Shown here in pieces: positions 25,313 through 39,389 of a stretch of DNA of 64,000 bases. The position numbers and the translations under genes were made by a program. The notes beneath the pieces are model-generated. The model was not told where the DNA came from. It ran no database searches and saw only the letters and a list, made by a program, of their open reading frames with translations. Numbering within the stretch: the stretch's first letter is position 1; each line of letters starts with the position of its first letter. Source of the DNA: the human T2T-CHM13v2.0 reference genome, Homo sapiens; NCBI RefSeq assembly GCF_009914755.1, contig NC_060932.1; one strand, written 5' to 3'.

Positions 25313-27628
25313 TGATATGGTTTGGCTCTGTGTCCCCAGCCAAATCTCACCTTGAATTGTAATAATCCCCACATGTCAAGGACAGGACCAAGTGGAGATA
25401 ATTGAATCATGGGGGCAGTTTCCCCTATGCTCTTCTCATGATGGTGAGTGAGTTCTCACAAGATCTGATGGTTTTATAAGGGGCTTCCCCCTTCGTTTGG
25501 CACTGGTTCTCTCTCTGGAAACTGTCTAAAGAGCTGCCTTCTGCCATGATTATGTGTTCTGAGGGCTCCCCAGCCATGCAGAACTGTGACTCAATTAAAC
25601 CTTATTTTCTTTATAAGTTACCCAGTCTTGGGTATTTCTTCATAGCAGTGTGAGAACAAACTAATACAGTAAATTGGTACCACAGAGAGTGGGGCGCTGC
25701 TGTAAAGATACTGGAACATGTGGAAGCAACTTTGGAAGTGGGTAACAGGCAATGGCTGGAATACTTTGGAGGGCTCAGAAGAAGACAGAAAAATGTGGGA
25801 AAGTTTGGAACTTACTAGAGACTTGTTGAGTGGCTTTGACAAAAATGCTAATAGTGATATGAACAATGAAGTCCAGGTTGAGGCGGTCTCAGATGGAGAG
25901 GAGGAACTTCTTGAGAACTGGAGTAAAGGTGGCTCTTGCTATGTGAAGAGACTGGTAGCATTTTGCCCCAGCCCTAGATATCTGTGGAACTTTGAACTTG
26001 AGAGAAGTGATTTAGGGTATCTGGAAGAAAAATTTCTAAGCCTCAAACTGTTCAAGGGATGACTTGAGTGCTGTTAAAAGCATTCAGTTTTATGTATTCA
26101 CAAAGATATGGTTTGGAATTGGAATGTATGTTTAAAAGAAAAGCAGAGCATATAAGTTCAGAAAATTTGCAGTCTGAGGATGCAATAAAAAAAAACCTCA
26201 TTTTTGGCAATAAATTGAAGCCAGCTGCAGAAATGTGCATAAGTAGCAAGGAACCGAATGTTATGCATCAAGACAATAGGAAATATGTCTTCAGGGCATG
26301 TCAAGAGACCTTCACAGCAACCCCTCCCATCACAGACTTGGAGGCCTAAGGGGAAAAAATTGTTTCTTAGCCCAGGTCCAGGGCCCCCCTGCTGTGTGAA
26401 GCCTTGGGACTTTGTGCCCTGTGTCACATCTGCTCCAGCTATGGTTAAAAGGGGCCAAGGTACAGCTCAGGCCATTGCTTCAGAGGGTGTAAACCCCAAG
26501 CCTTGGCAGCTTCCATGTGGTGTTGGGCCTGCGGGTGTGCAGAAGTCAAGAGTTGAGGTTTGGGAACCTCCACCTAGATTTTAGAGGATGTATGAAAACA
26601 CCTGGATGTCCAGGCAGAAGTTTGCTGCAGGGGTGGAACCCTTATGGAGAACCTCTTCTAGGGCAGTGTCGAAGGGAAATGTGGGGTTGGAGCACCACAC
26701 TGGGACACTGCCTGGTGGAGCTGTGAGAAGAGGTACATTGTCCTTCAGACCCCAGAATGGTAGATCCACCAACAGCTTGTACCATGCACCTTGAAAAACT
26801 GCTAACACTCAACACGAGCCTGTGAAAGCAGCCAGGAGGGGGACTGTATCCTGCAGGACCATGGGGCAGAGCTGCTCAAGTTCATGAGCACCCACCTCTT
26901 GCATCAGTGTGACCTAGATGTGAGACATGGAGTCAAAGGAGATCATTTTGGAACCTTAAGGTTTAATGACTACTCTGTTAGATTTCAGACTTGCATGGGA
27001 CTTGTAGCCCCTTTGTTTTGTCCAATTTATCCCATTTGGAATGGGTGTATTTACCCAATGCCTGTATCCCCATTGTATCTAGGAAATAATTAACTTGATT
27101 TCATTTTACAGGCCCATAGGTGGAAGGGACTTGCTTTGTCTTAGGTGAGACTTTGGACTGTGGACTTTTGAGTTAATGCTGAAATAAGTTAAGACTTTGG
27201 GGTACTGTGGGAAGGGCATAATTATGTCTTGAAATGTGAGGACATGAGATTTTGCAGGGGTCAAGGGCAGAGTGATATAATTTGGTTCTGTGTCCCCACC
27301 CAAATCTCATCTTGAATTGTAATAATCCCTACATGTCAAGGGCAAGAACAGGTGGAGATCATTGAATCACATGGTGGTTTCCTTCATGCTGTTCTTGTGA
27401 TGCTGACTGAGTTCTCACAAGATCTGATAGTTTTATAAGGGACTTCCCCCTTTACTAAGCACTCAGTCTCTTTCCTGCCTCCCTGTGAAGAGATGGCTTC
27501 CACAATGATTATAAGTTTCCTGAGGCCTCCCCAGCCATGCGGAACTGTGAGTCAATTAGACCTCTTTTCTTTATAAATTACCCAGTCTCAGATATTTCTT
27601 CGTAGCAGCTTGCAAGCAAACTAATACA
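25313..27628 (+). mobile_element. Complete THE1 (THE1D-like) MaLR provirus: LTR 25313-25668, internal region 25669-27272, LTR 27273-27628
   Basis: Two direct LTRs tgatat...ctaataca; internal region starts 'gtaaattggtacc' and ends in a purine-rich tract; fragmented MaLR ORF (25718-26062 'GSEEDRKMWESLEL'); TSD taata/tgata. Confidence 0.96.
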
Positions 27629-28221
27629 TGATATAATTGAGAATATCTTCCTTATGAAGGATTATGTTAGCACTTGAAAGACACAAATCAGAAGGGAAGG
27701 TGTAAATGTTTGAATTTTCTTTACTTCTGATAACACCAGTGGGTTTGATATTTAATACAATGTGAGAAATACTATTTTACTGGTAAATGAGAGGTGTTCA
27801 AGGAATGTGAGTTGACTGACAATATGGTAGAAGCAGTCTCCATTAAATAGATTGTATGAATGCATAAAAAGCAATATAATCTTTTGAAATGGCACTGAAT
27901 GCTTAGGATATCAATTGTTTCAAGGTAAATCAGTAACAGGAAATTATTCACCTCTTCTAAAAAGTATGTTCTGGATTATATATTTAAATAATTGATCCTT
28001 CTTATCTAAGTTATCAAATTTGCAAGCATAGTATTTTTATCATATTTTAAATGAAATTAAAGGTTCAAGAGTCATCTGTTTCTGATATAATACACATTAA
28101 GGACTATTTTTTCTTCTTAAGTAATTGACTTTTTATGGTTATTTAATGCCTCTTCATATTCCAGAACATTTTCCTTGTTCTGAAGTCTGATTTATCTGAA
28201 ATTAAATAGCTACTTAAATAG

Positions 28222-28551
<330 letters not shown>

Positions 28552-29446
28552 CAGCTTTTTTTTTTTTTTTTAAATTTGTTTTAGCATGATTTGTCTTTCT
28601 CTATCCAATCACTTTTTATTCCATCTATGTTTTTATATTTGAAGTGGGTTTCCTGTAGATAACACATAGTTGGATCTTATGTTTGTATCTATCATGATGT
28701 TATTTGTCTGTTTTTAAAATTCATATTGTACTATTTACATTAAGAGTGATTATTGTCATCATTGGATTAGTGTCTATTATTTGTAACTGTTTTCCATTCA
28801 TTGCCCTTATTGTTTCTTTTTTGTTTTCTATATTTTTCTGCCTCCGCTGCTTTCAATTTTGCCTTTGTATAATTTCATTTTATTTCCTCTTTTATTATAA
28901 CAATTGTATTGTTTCAAAAAATTTAATGAGTTTTTTACAATTTACAATATACATTTATAACTAATCTGAGTCCCCTTTCAAATAACTATGTCACCTCACT
29001 GTTAGTGTAAGTATCTTACAACAGAGCATTCCAAATTTTACCCTATCAAACCTAATAACACTGCAGTCATTTACTTCATTTATCCATACTCTGTAATCAC
29101 CACATATATTGCTGCTACCTTGAACAAATTGTTATCTGTTAGGTCAATTAAAAATATAAATTAATTTTTTTAATTTTAACTGTATTTCTTCTCTAATTTT
29201 TTTTTTCTTTAGGTACATCCACACTTCGGACCTATATTATTTTCCTTCTCTGTCAAGGACTTCTTTTAACATTTCTCACAAGACATGTTTACTGGTCACA
29301 ATTTCCCTTATTTTTTGTTTATCTTAGGAAGTCTATTGTCCTTACTTTTGAAGGATAATTTCACTGGATAAAGAACTCTAGGTTAGTGGAGTTTTGTTTT
29401 TGGTTTTCAACACTTCTCTTTAAACATTTAACTCTATTCCCTCCAA

Positions 29447-29690
29447 ACTCACTGCCGCCTGAAATTCCTGGGCTCAAGCAGCCCTCTTACGACAGCCTCT
29501 GCAGTAGTTAGGACTACAGGCATAAGCCATCATTCCTGAGTAGTTTTTCTTTTTCTTTTTCTTTTTTTTTTTTTTTTTTTTGAGGCAGAATCTCACTATG
29601 TTGCCCAGGCTGGTCTGGAACACCTGGCTTCAAGTGATCCTCCTGCCTTCCACAGCACTGGAATTTTAGGTGTGAACAACCCTGTTGAGC
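29447..29690 (-). mobile_element. AluJ-type, 3'-truncated, expanded middle T-tract
   Basis: 'tcctgggctcaagc', 'tctcactatgttgcccaggctggtc', 'caagtgatcctcctgcc'. Confidence 0.85.
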
Positions 29691-29929
29691 TAATAACCCT
29701 CATGGTTTCTGACAAAATACTTAATGTAATTCTTATCCTTGTTTCTCTATAAGTAGGGTGTTTGTTTATTTGTTTTCTCAACTTCTTCAAGATTGTCTCT
29801 TTGCTCTGATTTTATGCAGGTTGAAAATAATATGTCTATGTGTATGTTTTTAGTACTTATTCTGCTTGGTGTTCTCTGAGCTTGTTTGATCTGTGATTTG
29901 GTGTTTGTCATTAATTTTGAAAATTTCTC

Positions 29930-30249
29930 GGCCGGGCGCGGTGGTTCAAGCCTCTAATCCCAGCACTTTGGGAGGCCGAGGCGGGTGGATCACGAGGTCA
30001 GGAGATCAAGAGCATCCTGGCCAACATGGTGAAACTCGTCTCTACTAAAAATACAAAAAAATTAGCCGGGCATGGTGGCAGGGGCCTGTAGTCCCAGCTA
30101 CTCGGGAGGCTGAGGCAGGAGAATGGCGTCAACCCGGGAGGCGGAGTTTGCAGTGAGCCGAGATCACATCACTGCACTCCAGTCTGAGCGACAGAGCGAG
30201 ACTCCGTCTCAAAAACAAACAAACAAAAAAAACAAACAAACAAAAAAAA
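29930..30249 (+). mobile_element. AluY/Sc-like
   Basis: CpG-rich full dimer; perfect 11-bp TSD gaaaatttctc. Confidence 0.96.
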
Positions 30250-30796
30250 GAAAATTTCTCAATCATTACTACTTATTTTTTCTGTTTCTCGCCTATGATA
30301 TCTTTATTACATCCATGTTATACCTTTTGGAATTAACCCATATTTCTTGGATATGCTCTTCTGTTTTCATTCATTTGTCTTTTGCATTTCAGTTTTGCAA
30401 ATTTCTATTAACACATCTTCAAGTTCCTTTTTTTTCAAGTTTCCACACATAGGGTAGATCAATGATTCGTTTCTTTGTCTGTGGCCAGTCCACTGATGAT
30501 ACCACCAAAGACATTGTTCATTTCTGTTATGATGTTTTTAATTTGGGGTATTTTGTTTTGATTCTATTTTACATTTCCCATCTCTCTGTTACATTAGCTC
30601 TCTATTCTAGCATGTTGTTCATTTTTTCCATTAGAGATTTTGATATATGTGTGAGTTGTTTAAACTTTTCAGTTTAATAATTTCAAAGTTTCTGCCATAT
30701 TTAAGCCTGGATCTAATGCTTGCTTTCTTTTCTTTTCAAACTGTGCTTTTTGTCTTTTAATATGCCAGGTAATTTTTTGCTAAAAGTGGGCATGCT

Positions 30797-31111
<315 letters not shown>

Positions 31112-32713
31112 AAAAGTGGGCATGCTGTAACTGAGTTATAGAAACTAACAAAGACATGACTTGAGTGTGAGGTTTTCTGTTTATCTAGCTAGGAGTTAGG
31201 ATTCATTTATTCTTTGTTATAGCTGTAGTGTAAGAAACTAAAAGTTTTCCTAGTGTTATTGTTTTAGTGTCCTTTGTATTTGGGTTTTCTCTGGGACTCT
31301 TTAAATAAGCTCTAACCCCTTGCTATTATACAGGAGCTCTGTTGTTGTGACGATATGGCATGTGTGAGTCGTGGTGGTGGAGGTAACATTGTGTAGTCCT
31401 CCAATTAGGTTTTAGTGAGCCTAAGTTGGGTATTTCTCTCTTTCTAAATTGAAGGCTAGATGGGGTAAGGGTTGGATATTTCTCTTCCCCTAGGTTGCTC
31501 AGGTTTTGGTAAAACTCAGATTGTTTTGGCAATGCTAAAATAGTTTCTTTTGACGGTAGGCCTGACTAAGGAGAACAGAGAGCTCTGTGAGTATATAAAA
31601 ATGATCACTTTTTTGCATTGGCTTTTCTATTGCTATAGTTTCGGGGTAACAAGTTGTCCTGTGGCATGAATTCTCTAATGTATCTGATAAAAGTTGTTGA
31701 CATTCTGTTTATTTAGCTTCTTTCTTCTTCTAAGAAGAACAAGAATGCCTTCCAAGCTCTTAATGTAATTTTAGTATTAAAAATTCTCATAAATGTATAA
31801 AATTATCCCATGATAATCGTACATTTTATAAAAAATAAAATTTAAGACAATTTTTTTGAAAAAGTAGAGTTACTATGGATTTCTGTTTGATAGGAGTTTG
31901 TGTAATTGTCTAAGAAAAGAGAATAAGCAACTGTGGATTGAAGTATATAAGACAGTAAATTATATATGTCATTCTTCACAAGAACCTCTATGAGCTTTGA
32001 AGAAGAGTACTTCATGTGAGAAGAACATGTCATGAGAGACATGTTTATTGAGAATGTACCCCATGTTTGACATGCATATGGATTTGATGACCATTTTTAA
32101 TCTCTTGGTTCACTTCAGCAAGTTGTGCTGTGCATACACTAGGTCTCTTCTAGGCATCAGGAATTCAAGAATAAAGAACTCCCAAATATTCCACATTCTT
32201 TTGTTTTTACATACCAGGTGGCTGAAAATATTGGCTTATCTTGTGTGATTTTATTAGAGAAACATGACTAGCCAAGCTGCCAGTGTTGTAGACTATAAAC
32301 TATATGTTTAACATATTTCAAAATTAAAAATGCACATATTCTTTTATTTGGAAATTCTATTTTTACAAAGTCAGTTATATCAATGCATTAGCTTATGTGC
32401 AAAAGATCTATGCTTAAAAATAATCACAAAAATTGGAAACCGCCTCCAACTTAATGTAAAACTATTACAAACAAACTAGTATTAATTTACAGCAGCCTTG
32501 CCAGGTAGTCCATGACAAATATAACTTTTTTAAGAAAGAAATTGAAGTACAGAGAGATAGATGAAGTAATAGCTAAGTACTGCAAAGACTGTACCCTGGT
32601 CTCCTATTCTTAAATGAGTACATCAGATTGTGTTATCACAAATTGTGTTCATTTAATTCTGCCTATTATTTCTGTTTTAGTAATTTTCTTTTCTCTGTAC
32701 TTGAATTTCTAAA

Positions 32714-33060
32714 TTTTATTTTAAAATGTAAATTGACAAACTGTAGTTGTATATATTTATGGGGTGAAAAGTGATGTTATAATTTATGAATAAGATGTGG
32801 AATAATTAAATCAAGCTAATTAACATATCCATCACATCAAATATTTATTGTCATGAGAATTTTTGAAAGTTACTCTCTTAGCAATTTTGAAATGTAAAAT
32901 ATATTATTTACTATATTCATCATGTTGTGTAATATGTCTCAAAAAAAAATTCCTGCTGTCTAATTGAGGATTTATATCCTTTGGTCATTCCCCCCACCCT
33001 CCTTCCTCTTGTAACCACCATTCTGCTTTTTGTTTTCTTTTAGTTCTACTGTTTTACTTG
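32714..33060 (-). mobile_element. L1MA (about L1MA6-8) 3' end
   Basis: 'tgtatatatttatggggt...aattaaatcaagctaattaacatatccatcac...gtaaccaccattct'. Confidence 0.85.
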
Positions 33061-34104
33061 CATTTATAAGTCTTTCATTATTCTTTCTCTTTCAGTGTCC
33101 TTATATTAATGTTATTGTATTTAAGCATAATAAATGTGGGTTTTTACTCTACTTCAAACTTTCTTTGAGTACATCCTAACATTCTAGAAATATATGGTAA
33201 TTTCTGATAACAATAATTATTAAATTTATTTCCTTAATATTATTTGTCCTTGAAATGTTTAGATTAACAATGATTCACACTTTGGAAAAGTAGCATTTTA
33301 TTTGACATTTTCAAAGAGCAGAGAGTCTTTCGCCTACTAACCTTTAAAAAAAAAGATGAAGTTTAGGCTTGTTGATGTCATTTGACTACTGTAATCATTT
33401 CAGCAGTGACCCTTTCTACTTTAATGAACCCTTACGTTTAATCTGAACAAAACTGGCATGTTCCTTGCATTTTTCTAATACATTGTTTTTAAGAATTTTG
33501 TTTTTTTTCATTGTTTTCTTTACCTGGAGCTGTGTCGAACATTTTTTTAAGGGTGAACCAATTTCTACTGTATAACATAACACAGAGAATGTGTTAGAAC
33601 AGTATTATATGACACAGAATTCACTTGGGATAAAGCTTTCTTTACATTATGCCAGGGCAACAAGTTCTTTTAGGTTAAATGACCATGAAGTAAGACAAAA
33701 TGCTAACTCTTATTGGAGTGAGCTGGGGATAGTAGACACAGTCTATTTATGATATTTTCTCTATAGGTTAATGTGAAAAACCACTTGACAAAGTGCTGCT
33801 TTCTTTTCAAGAAACATTTCAAATTAAATATTCTGAACTAATAAATTTAATATAGTTCTTTTCACTAGACTTCTTACAATGTTGACTTTTGAATGTTACA
33901 CTCAAACTTTTAGTCTCTAGCTGAGAAAAAGGCCAATGGGATTTGGAAATTTACAAGCGAATTATCATGATAGTAGTAGTAAATAATAAAACTCTAAAGA
34001 GACATAAATAAATTTAATATATCAAAGATTTTAAGTAAATGTGTATTTTAAATAATACTATGTTCAAGTTTTTGTTTACCAAATTAGAAGCTGAAATAAC
34101 ATAA

Positions 34105-34639
34105 TGTGCCAAATCGCATATTCCAAAAATGACCACAGCCGTATTTCAGTTCACAAATTTTTAGAACCTTGTCACCACACATTAAATGGTGTCTATTTCT
34201 CCTCCTTTTGAATCTGGGTGAGACATAATGACTGTTGCAATGAATAGAATGTGCTGAAATAGATAATGCTGGGTGACTTTCAAGGATAGGTAAAAACCAA
34301 AAACAATAAAAGTACAGGTCTCTCTCTCTCTCTGTCTCTCTCTCTTTCTCTTTCTCCTCTCTTCTCTCTCTTTTTATGACTGCTAGTACTTGGAATCCAC
34401 ACACCATGTTTTGAGGACGCTCAGGCATAGTAAGCCTGTGTATAGTTCCTCCACCTGACAGAAAAGTTTCGGTTCACAGTCAGCCTCCAACATTACACAT
34501 GTAAATAATGAGCCCTTATATGATTTCAACCCCTAACCTTTGTCCCTATTAGTCCTGTGCAAATGGCAGATGGATGTTTGTTATTGTTTTAAGCCACTGC
34601 ATTTTGGGGTAATTGGTTAGGTAGTCGTAGTAACCAGAA
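34105..34639 (+). mobile_element. MLT1H-family solo LTR with internal (TC)n
   Basis: 'ttccaaaaatgaccac...tctatttctcctccttttgaatctggg'...'ttgttttaagccactgcattttggggtaatt'. Confidence 0.8.
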
Positions 34640-34679
34640 GAAAGAGCAACAGGCATTCTTATTGTTTCCCTGCTCTTCC

Positions 34680-34810
34680 AGAATATGAACAAACTCCAGA
34701 AAGGCAAAACCAAAATATGTCTTATTCATAGCTGCTTCTCCAGGGTTTGGTAAATACTAAAAAAAAAAAAAAAAAAAAAAGAAAAAATCAGGTAAATTAA
34801 TGAATAGAAT
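34680..34810 (+). mobile_element. L2 tail relic containing an A22 tract
   Basis: 'aactccagaaaggca...tgtcttattcatagctg..tctccagg'. Confidence 0.5.
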
Positions 34811-35662
34811 TTTGACTAAACTGTTTCATAATGAAGCTTACAAGAATGTTGTGATGCCTCTCAGAGTCTTGCCTGCCTTGAAATGCCTTAAATATTTATG
34901 CTAGAAAGAAAGATTTTGTTTACTATCACAAATTGGATGTGTCTTAGAATCCAAGGAAATTGCTGGAAACCATAGATTAATAATAGCCATAAGAGGCTGA
35001 TAACTCACCCTCTCTCATGTTCTCATTAGCCCCGGAACATAATTTGTTCTTGCTCAGGAAGCAACTTCTCAGTGATTTGCCTTCTTCAAACCCTCACAAA
35101 ACTTTTCCCCTCTTCTTGAAAGGGGACACTGCTTAAGCTTTCTCACTTACCCACCTGTTCACACTGTAAATATATGAAAGTGTGTTTTCACATTTTTAAT
35201 GTGGTTTGCTTTTGGGTGATTAATTTAAACTTATTGCATGTTATTTTTAATACTTTTCAAATTTAGAAGACAATAGTGACATAGAAAGGGTTGCAATGAA
35301 TCTATGTTGTCCCTGCTCTGCTGTCTCACCCAGATTTCTTTGGGAATGAGGCAATTTAGGCATTATTAGTATTTTCTATAGATGTTAAGTAGCATTTGAA
35401 CATCTGTCCTCCATCTTAAAGCTCTCATTCTTCTATTATATGTAGAACAAGTGGTTTCTTTCATTTTTATTGATGAATCAGCCTACACAGCTGCCTTTTC
35501 TGCTCTAACTTACTTCTACAGTGTTGACCTTTGCTAGATTTTGTCACTGTTACTTCATTCACACCTATTTACCCTATCACCAGGTGGTTTTAGTTGGCAG
35601 ACCTTTCTAAAGGTTAGGTAGTAGCAGAATGTAATTATCATATGGTGCTGGAAATAACTTTA

Positions 35663-35790
35663 GTTTTTTGTAAAGATGAGGTCTCAATATGTTGCACAGG
35701 CTGGTCTTGAATACTTGGCTTCAAGTGATCCTTCCACCTTGGCCTCCAAAACCGTTGGGATTACAGGGATGAGCTACCATTTCCCATGGG
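35663..35790 (-). mobile_element. FLAM Alu monomer
   Basis: 'gatgaggtctcaatatgttgcacaggctggtcttgaa'; 11-bp TSD aaataacttta. Confidence 0.88.
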
Positions 35791-37467
35791 AAAATAACTT
35801 TAAATCCAATGTTAGGCATCACTTTTTCTAGAAATACATCATGCATGTCCTAAGAAAGGTAATTTTTCACTGCCTATTCGTTTTCTTCTTGCTCCAGACC
35901 CTTGTCATCTTGCCAAGGCCTTTCTTTCCTTTTCCTCTGCTAATCCCCAGACCAAACTCGAGTTTTCTTATTAAGCAGAGAATTTCAGTTTTCCTTCCCT
36001 TAAACATGTCTAAACTATATATAATCATCTGCAAATCCACAAATTATTATTATGGTTTTCAGCTTATCACTAAGTGTGAGACTGACTTTGTGGGTGTCTG
36101 AATGCTTTAGAAACACACAAGAAAAAAAACTTTCCATGGCTTTGAGGAAAAATAAATGGTACTTTCTAGAGAAAAAAGAGGGATGCCAATCTCTTTCTTT
36201 GAGGCAAAACAAATGGCAATGATGTCATCAATAAAGTACGGAAATGTATGTTCTGTTTATTTTGTTCTTCTAGTGCACTGTCAAGTATATTGAGTGCAGT
36301 AAATATCTAAAAAATAGTAAACAACTAAAAGATAAGGATGTTTTGAAATACACTAGAAATTTACTTCATAATTCCTGTTAAAACTAGTATCATTGAAGAG
36401 TTCCATTGAGTAGGAACTGATTAATGAATTCTTAATATGTAATTATTTATCAGCTAAAAATTTGAGAAAGAAAAATAATTTTTGGAATTTTTTCTAAATA
36501 TAGATATACTTTATGGAAATATATATAATTTATATATAAAAATTAGTTAAAATATGAGCGGATTCTATAGTTTGAAAACAGACTTCATTTATACAAGCAT
36601 GATAGTGTTCTAAAATATGTATCTTGAGTTGCTTTTATTAATATCTGAATGTAGGAAATGAGGAAAGCACTAGCTGGCCTACAGTTGTGTAACTATCACC
36701 CTTGCTCTTTAATACACCAAATTAGAGCTCTTTTTATGCATGGATCTAATCTCTGAAATTGCCTTGTAGCCATCAGAGAAGTAATCAAGTAATCTTGTGA
36801 CCAAGTGGAACATGGGGAGGATCCCTGACCCTTGGATCATAAAAGCAACTGCTACATTGCACAACCCCAAACGTAACCATTCACATCACATTTTTAGCAG
36901 TGGCTCTGGAATAACAAACCTCAAAAGGCTTTTCATAAGAGGTTTTAATAACGTATATTTGAATAGGATAATTTTAGTTGTAAAATAAAACATTAATAAT
37001 CTATTTGTTTTCAGAGACCATCTCTAGTTAGAAGGTGATATAGTCTTTACCTCTAAAATGAAAACCAATTTATTAATGTCCATAAGATGGAGCATGCTAT
37101 TAAATATACACTTATCAGTATCACTAGATATTGAAAAGGAAGAAGAAACAAAATGTGACTTTTTGTACTAGAATTATAACTTAATGTATTACATTAAAAA
37201 TACATAGTCTTTAAGTATATAAGAAAGCCTCTTAATTCACTATATAAAGGAATTATAAGAGTGCAGTTGACCAACTTTCTGTTCCCATCCACATGTGTTC
37301 ATTTTTCTGTATATGCACCCATTCTCACTTTACTTGCCCCATATTTATGGCTACTTTCTTCTGTAATGCTGTGTTTTTCTGACTCAAATGCCTTCCTTAT
37401 TCTTATGTATCTTTAATCTCTCCCTCTTTATTGCCTTTAGTTTCCCATTTTAGTACATGTTTCTAAC

Positions 37468-37471
<4 letters not shown>

Positions 37472-37519
<48 letters not shown>
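37472..37519. repeat. (AT)24 microsatellite
   Basis: Read directly from sequence. Confidence 0.98.
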
Positions 37520-37521
<2 letters not shown>

Positions 37522-37659
37522 CCATCTATATCACATTTAGTTACCAGTATTTAGCTCTACATTCTTACTCAGCTTACCCTTTCAGAATAGTTTAGACTCA
37601 CTAATTGACTTTCTTATATTCACATTAATTCTTCAACTAAGAATACTTTTCATCATTTT

Positions 37660-37970
37660 TCTTCAAAGTCTGTCCAATCCAGCTTCATCAAGAACATTAA
37701 TCCTCTATATTATCTAATGCCAATGTGAATGACTCAGCTGTTATCCTAATTGAAATCCAAAGCATTAGGCAGTATGCACCAGTTGTTCATTACCAAAACT
37801 TTCCTGTTCCTTACCTTCTAAAACATGACACACTCTTCCTTTTCCTTTTCCAATCAGAATACTTCTCCTTGGTTGGTGTGTATTTGATGTCCCTCTATCT
37901 CATATAACCCACTCTTAAAATTTCATCAATCATTTATATAGTCATGACTCCCACATTTCTGTCTTCTGCT
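37660..37970 (+). mobile_element. L2 internal relic
   Basis: Pyrimidine-rich 'ccaatccagcttc...catgacacactcttcc...atgactcccacatt' resembles L2. Confidence 0.45.
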
Positions 37971-39050
37971 TGGCAAGGTTTGAGATAAAGGCACTCAGCT
38001 TCATGATAGAACTCTCCATCTGGAGAGTTTTCAAATAGGAAATGGCATACATTGCTTATAAAGCATGCTGAGTCATTAAAATTGTTTAAAAAAGCAAACC
38101 AGAGACTGGAGGAAAGATAACATTAGCAGTGACCTTTATAACAAAGGGGAGCCAGTGTGTTTCTTATTTACATAAAATTAATTGTTGAGCAAAAGCAGGA
38201 AAATTTTCCACATGTTTATTCCTATTGAACTTTTTCCTGAGACTTTCCACAAGCTTTCTGTCATGTTTCAAAAGTACAGCTTCACTTTGAAGAATATCTT
38301 TTCAAAGGAGATTCTAATAAGAATAATAAATCAAGCCAGTGTTCAAAAGCAATTTGCGGTTCCCTAATGTAATTATTTATTATCTAAATTTTGCCTTTTC
38401 AAACACAGCCTGATTTTGAACTTGTAAGCAAGTGCATCTAAGGATCAGAATCCAAATTAATAGTTGTTAGCTAAAAACAAAGAAAAGAAAAAAAAAGTTG
38501 TTCCTAGACATTCTATTGTTTATCAATAAACCAAAATATATATGTTGCACACACACAGACACACATATATATAATAGATATATATATTATATATATATGA
38601 GTAAAGTGAAAGAAATATATGTAAAATAATCTCAGAATTACAGTAACACGTTTTGGTGGCAGATGATTATAGAACTTCAGAGCTGGAAGGGGAAATTTTA
38701 CAAATAAAAAAATTGGAGAAAATGACTTTGCCAATGACACAGACATCGACAAGCCATAGTGTTTATATCCATTGGATCCCAGTTTTTTAAATCTCATTAA
38801 TCAAAATTATTAGTCTTTAATTTTTCTCTTTCACACCATCAAGATAAACACAATATCATTAGCATATAAAATATATAAAGTAATCTTTTTCTCTTTCTTT
38901 CCTATAAATGCCACTTGCATGTTGGAGCATTTCTTTACTAATCAGAAACTAAGCAAATACACTCTCACTCATGAGATAACAACAAATATTTCTGATACCC
39001 CAAATACTATTTCACTATTGATTTTGCCACCTAATATGTAATACAACTAC

Positions 39051-39389
<339 letters not shown>

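Noticed and set aside
25718-27093. Cluster of overlapping ORFs suggesting a gene
   Set aside because: These are fragments of the THE1 internal region; the higher GC content explains the open frames
34759-34787. Isolated poly(A) as a processed-pseudogene tail
   Set aside because: No upstream mRNA-like body and no convincing TSD; it lies in an L2 relic
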